A DNA stretch of 11,327 bases. Origin: an uncultured Deinococcales bacterium. Its GTDB lineage: Bacteria; Deinococcota; Deinococci; Deinococcales; JAAFIG01. Location of the stretch: NCBI GenBank assembly GCA_964247135.1, contig CAXTTL010000159.1:1-11327 (forward strand), read 5' to 3'. A program made the position numbers and the translations under genes. Shown piece after piece: positions 7,754-11,327 of this stretch. The notes beneath the pieces were generated by a model. It ran no database searches. It was given only the letters and a program-made list of their open reading frames with translations, and had not been told where the DNA came from. Numbering within the stretch: position 1 is the first letter of the stretch; each line of letters opens with the position of its first letter.

Positions 7754-8292
7754 TGGATGATATTCGTCCCGCTTACGAGGAACACGGCGTGACCGGTTTC
7801 TATGAACAGTTCGGCTCGAGTTACCGCAACCCGCACGAAACCATTTTGCAAAGTCTTCTGAAGCGCGTAATCCTCGAGTGGAAACTTGACCTCTCGAGCG
7901 TGCTCGATTTGGCGTGCGGCAGCGGCGAGGCGACGTTGGTCTTGCAAGAACTTGGCGCGAAGGTTGCTGGAATTGACCCGTACACGTTTGAAGCTTATTT
8001 GGAACGCACGGGTTTACACGCCGAACCATTTTCATTCGATGATATTGCCAATGGCACACTCGAGGGGCGAAGTTACAGTTTGATCGTGTGCAGTTTTGCG
8101 CTGCATTTGATGGAAGTCTCGAAACTGCCAATGTTGTTGTTTCAACTTTCACAAATCACCGACACCCTGTTGATTTTAACGCCGCACAAGCGTCCTCAAA
8201 TCAAACCAGAATGGGGCTGGCATCTCGAGGCTGAAATACTCGAGGATCGGGTTCGGGCGCGGTCGTATCGGACTTTAGGAGAATCCGCATGA
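7750..8292 (+). CDS. Class I SAM-dependent methyltransferase of unknown substrate
   Basis: Motif [11 protein letters not shown], then [17 protein letters not shown] and [14 protein letters not shown] overlaps with glcD (7750-7753) and with glcE (8289-8292). Confidence 0.85.
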   Translation: MMDDIRPAYEEHGVTGFYEQFGSSYRNPHETILQSLLKRVILEWKLDLSSVLDLACGSGEATLVLQELGAKVAGIDPYTFEAYLERTGLHAEPFSFDDIANGTLEGRSYSLIVCSFALHLMEVSKLPMLLFQLSQITDTLLILTPHKRPQIKPEWGWHLEAEILEDRVRARSYRTLGESA

Positions 8293-9323
8293 CGATTCCC
8301 GAAATCCAAGATTTCATCAAATCCCAACCTCGAGTTCGGGTGCGCGGCGGCGGCACAAAACCCACGCTTTCCAATGCCGCAAATCTTGAGTTATCACAAC
8401 TTTCGGGGATGCTCGAGTACGACCCGAGCGAGTACACCTTCACGGCGCTGGCGGGAACCCGAGTCTCCGAAATCGCCCAGATTCTTGCCGAGCACGGGCA
8501 GCATTTGCCGTTCGACCCGCCGTTTCAGACGGCTGGTGCAACTTTGGGCGGCACGGTGGCGGCTGGGCTTTCGGGTTCTGGGCGGCAACGTTTTGGCGGC
8601 GTGCGCGATTTTGTGCTGGCGGTGCAATTTATAGATGGTCTGGGAGCGCTTGTAAGGGGAGGTGGCAAGGTTGTGAAGAACGCTGCGGGGTTTGACCTGC
8701 CCAAAATGCACTGCGGCGCTCTGGGAGCGTTTGGCGTGCTGACGGAATTAACCTTTAAAGTTTTTCCAGCGCCCAAAGCCTGGGCAAGCTTGCAACTCGA
8801 GTGTCAAAACTTCAAAACTGCGCTTGAAGTCATGCAAAAATTGGCTGGCTCGAGTTTTGATCTTGAATGCTTGGACATTTTTGACTCAAGCGTCTTGATC
8901 CGTATCGGTGGCGTTCCAGAAGCTTTGGAGGCGCGACTCGAGAACCTTCAAAAGTTCGTTGGCATTGAAGGACAAGTGATTCGAGATGACACTGAAATCT
9001 GGCGCGACGCCCGAGAATTCTTGTGGGTCAAAGAAGGCACAGCACTGGTGAAAATCCCTGTCACCGCCAGCAAAATCCCAAATCTCGAGGCAAAAATTGC
9101 CGCTCACGGGCGAACGCGCTACACCTCGAGCGGCAATCTGGCTTGGCTCGAATGGACGGAATCACTCGAGAACCTGGACGCGACCTTGCTCGAGCTTGGG
9201 CTGTCGGGTTTGGTGTTGCGCGGCAACACGGCTCGAGCTTTGCTGGGAAAACAAGTTGGTGGTGTGCTGCTCGAGCGGGTGCTGAACACTTTTGACCCAG
9301 AAAGGAAATTCAATGCAACATAA
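8289..9323 (+). CDS. glcE: Glycolate oxidase FAD-binding subunit GlcE
   Basis: Motifs [50 protein letters not shown] and [15 protein letters not shown]. Confidence 0.93.
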   Translation: MTIPEIQDFIKSQPRVRVRGGGTKPTLSNAANLELSQLSGMLEYDPSEYTFTALAGTRVSEIAQILAEHGQHLPFDPPFQTAGATLGGTVAAGLSGSGRQRFGGVRDFVLAVQFIDGLGALVRGGGKVVKNAAGFDLPKMHCGALGAFGVLTELTFKVFPAPKAWASLQLECQNFKTALEVMQKLAGSSFDLECLDIFDSSVLIRIGGVPEALEARLENLQKFVGIEGQVIRDDTEIWRDAREFLWVKEGTALVKIPVTASKIPNLEAKIAAHGRTRYTSSGNLAWLEWTESLENLDATLLELGLSGLVLRGNTARALLGKQVGGVLLERVLNTFDPERKFNAT

Positions 9324-10557
9324 CATTCCACTCGAGAAATACGGCGCTCAAGGTTCAGCGATGGCTGAGGCGGTCGAAGCCTGCGTGCATTGCGGTTTTT
9401 GCCTGCCAACCTGCCCAACCTACCGCGTTCTGGGCGAGGAAATGGACTCGCCGCGCGGGCGCATTGTGCTGATGAAAGAGGTGCTCGAGGGAAACCTTTC
9501 GATGGCTGAGGCGAATGTTCACATTGATCGTTGTTTGGGTTGTCTGGCGTGCGTCACCGCCTGTCCAAGCGGGGTGCAATACGGCGAGTTGCTTGCGCCG
9601 TTTCGGGCTTTAAGTCAACCAAACTCGAACTTGCAAAAGATCACGAAAATCTTGATCTCGAGCACCTTGCCACACCCGCAGCGGTTTCGGTTGGCAGCCA
9701 GTTTGGGGCGTTTTGGAAAACCGTTTAAACCGTTTTTACCCAAACCCATGCAAGCCATGCTCGAGCTTTTACCAGAGGCGCTGCCGAGTGCTTACAACTT
9801 ACCAGAGTTTTTTCCTGCCATCGGCAAAAAACGCGCTCGAGTCGCGCTGCTTTCGGGTTGCGCCCAACAGGTGCTCGCGCCTGAGATCAACCGCGCGACG
9901 CTCGAGGTGCTGTCACGGAATGGGGTGGAGGTCGTCATTCCCAAATCCCAAGGATGTTGCGGCGCCATTCTGCTGCACACGGGGCAACAGTCTGAGGCTC
10001 GAGCGCTCGCCAGAAAAAACCTTGATGTTTTCCCGAACGATGTCGATGCGATTATTACCAACGCGGCGGGTTGCGGTTCGGGTATTCACGAGTATGGCTT
10101 GTTGTTCGCGGGAGAACCCGAAGAAGAAAAAGCTCGAGCACTTGCGGTGCAGGTCAAAGATGTCAGCGTTTTCCTTGCCGAACTCGGTTTGGTCACGCCC
10201 TTAAAACTCGAGAATCCCTTAAAACTCGCGTATCACGACGCCTGCCATTTGGCGCACGCCCAAAGTGTACGAATTCAACCCAGAAGTTTACTCTCGAGCG
10301 TCGAAAACTTAACGCTGCTCGAGTTAGCCGACCCAGAAATTTGTTGTGGCTCGGCGGGAACGTACAACATCGAACAACCCGAAATCGCCCGTGAACTGGG
10401 AACACGCAAAGCCAAAGCCGTGATTGAATCGGGTGCGAATGCCATCTCGAGCGGCAACATTGGATGCTTGACGCAAATCAAAACACACCTCGAGCGACTG
10501 GGGCATGATTTGCCTGTGCTTCACACCATCGAGATTTTACGCGCCGCGATGCGCTAG
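9313..10557 (+). CDS. glcF: Glycolate oxidase iron-sulfur subunit GlcF
   Basis: Two 4Fe-4S motifs ([12 protein letters not shown] and [12 protein letters not shown]), DSPRGRI, and CCG domains ([25 protein letters not shown]). ATG 9313 follows the SD-like AAAGGA (9301-9306). Confidence 0.94.
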   Translation: MQHNIPLEKYGAQGSAMAEAVEACVHCGFCLPTCPTYRVLGEEMDSPRGRIVLMKEVLEGNLSMAEANVHIDRCLGCLACVTACPSGVQYGELLAPFRALSQPNSNLQKITKILISSTLPHPQRFRLAASLGRFGKPFKPFLPKPMQAMLELLPEALPSAYNLPEFFPAIGKKRARVALLSGCAQQVLAPEINRATLEVLSRNGVEVVIPKSQGCCGAILLHTGQQSEARALARKNLDVFPNDVDAIITNAAGCGSGIHEYGLLFAGEPEEEKARALAVQVKDVSVFLAELGLVTPLKLENPLKLAYHDACHLAHAQSVRIQPRSLLSSVENLTLLELADPEICCGSAGTYNIEQPEIARELGTRKAKAVIESGANAISSGNIGCLTQIKTHLERLGHDLPVLHTIEILRAAMR

Positions 10558-11327
10558 AGGGTGTTTGAATTCGTCCTAAACGAGATTTCTCGAGAATCAC
10601 CATTTCACACGACACACCAAAATCAAAGGGGTAGGCTACATTTCCGATGAAAACCTACCCAAACCAGCTTACTCAACGCCAATGGAATATCCTAATTTTC
10701 AATCTCCCAGATCGAAATCGGACACCGAGAACCCAATGGGGTTGGCGCATCATCCTCAACGCCATCTTTTACGTGCTCAGAACAGCTTGCCAATGGCGTT
10801 ACCTTCCAAAGCACTTCCCACCTTGGGGTACGGTTTATCACTACTTTCGCACTTGGGTTCACGATGGTCTTTGGGAGCGTTTGAATACTATTCTCAGAGA
10901 ATTGGTACGTCAAAAGGTGAACAAGGATGCGCAACCCACAGCTTGCTGCATTGATACGCAAAGCTCGAAAACCACTGAAGTTGGTGGAGTTCGTGGGTAT
11001 GATGGGTACAAGAAAATCAATGGTCGAAAACGATTCTTACTGGTGGACACGCTTGGATTGTTACTCACAGTGAAAGTCATACCAGCGAATTGGTCTGAGG
11101 TGGATTGTGCTTTGGTTGGTTTGGAAGGCATGAACTCGAAATTTGGGAAGCTCAAGGTGATGTGGGCTGATGGTGGTTTCAATGATTTCAAATTTCGTTC
11201 TTGAGTCAAAGGCATATTGGGTTGCGAATTAAGGATTACCAAGAGCTTGTCCAAGCCTGGGCAAGCTGATTTTAAGGTTGCACCAAGGCGTTGGGTGGTG
11301 GAGGCGATCCCGCCCGTCAGGTGCATT
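10557..11327 (+). mobile_element. IS5-family insertion sequence (IS1031-like subgroup): left end plus defective transposase; right end not seen
   Basis: GAGGGTGTTTGAA at 10557, directly after CTA, resembles the terminal inverted repeats of IS1031-like elements. The transposase starts 90 bp inside. Confidence 0.8.
10647..11303 (+). pseudogene. IS5-family DDE transposase with a premature stop
   Basis: N-terminal YPNQLTQRQW...ILNAIFYVLRTACQWRYLPKHFPPWGTVYHYFRTW (DUF4096-type), then IDTQS, GYDGYKKINGRKRFLLVDTLGLLL and WADGGF. TGA at 11202-11204 is followed in frame by VKGILGCELRITK...FKVAPRRWVVE. Confidence 0.88.

Noticed and set aside
7750-8292. The SAM methyltransferase as the DNA methylase responsible for CTCGAG enrichment
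   Set aside because: It is only 180 aa and has no DPPY/NPPY or PCQ catalytic motif and no target-recognition domain. It looks like a small-molecule class I methyltransferase.
211-10524. Numerous short overlapping or antisense ORFs within the toxin, bcp, DinB and glc genes
   Set aside because: They are shadow frames of GC-rich coding sequence, fully overlapped by well-supported genes and lacking recognisable motifs.
49-10594. CTCGAG recurrences as a CRISPR array or tandem repeat
   Set aside because: Only 6 bp are conserved, spacing is irregular, most copies are inside intact genes, and there are no cas genes.
4699-11204. TGA recoding, suggested by in-frame TGA codons at 4699 and 11202
   Set aside because: TGA ends glcD and the methyltransferase in ATGA overlaps, Trp is encoded by TGG throughout, and both affected genes carry other lesions.
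10682-11326. Alternative ORFs inside the IS (10682-10954 +, 10692-10961 -, 10910-11326 -) or a programmed frameshift
   Set aside because: The transposase motifs continue in the same frame past the TGA, so no frameshift is needed. The other ORFs are shadows.

Overview
Bacterial window, probably Deinococcota (inferred from the gene set, leaderless-type promoters and a Deinococcus-like small repeat). From 5' to 3' it contains: (1) the 3' part of a large polymorphic toxin gene with a hydrophobic Gly/Ala-rich segment and an AT-rich AHH/HNH-type nuclease tip; (2) three tandem paralogous Imm11/DUF1629-like immunity genes; (3) a decayed HEAT-repeat-like gene (4531-5160) split by a 135-bp hairpin-rich MITE-like element flanked by TTA repeats; (4) a minus-strand bcp peroxiredoxin plus DinB-family pair; (5) a divergent glcD-[SAM methyltransferase]-glcE-glcF operon; (6) a defective IS5-family element whose left end abuts the glcF stop codon. 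The most striking unexplained signal is the palindrome CTCGAG. I counted about 78 copies by hand against about 3 expected. They occur in all three codon phases and between genes, are dense in host genes, and are absent from the toxin tip and the transposase. This resembles cyanobacterial HIP1.
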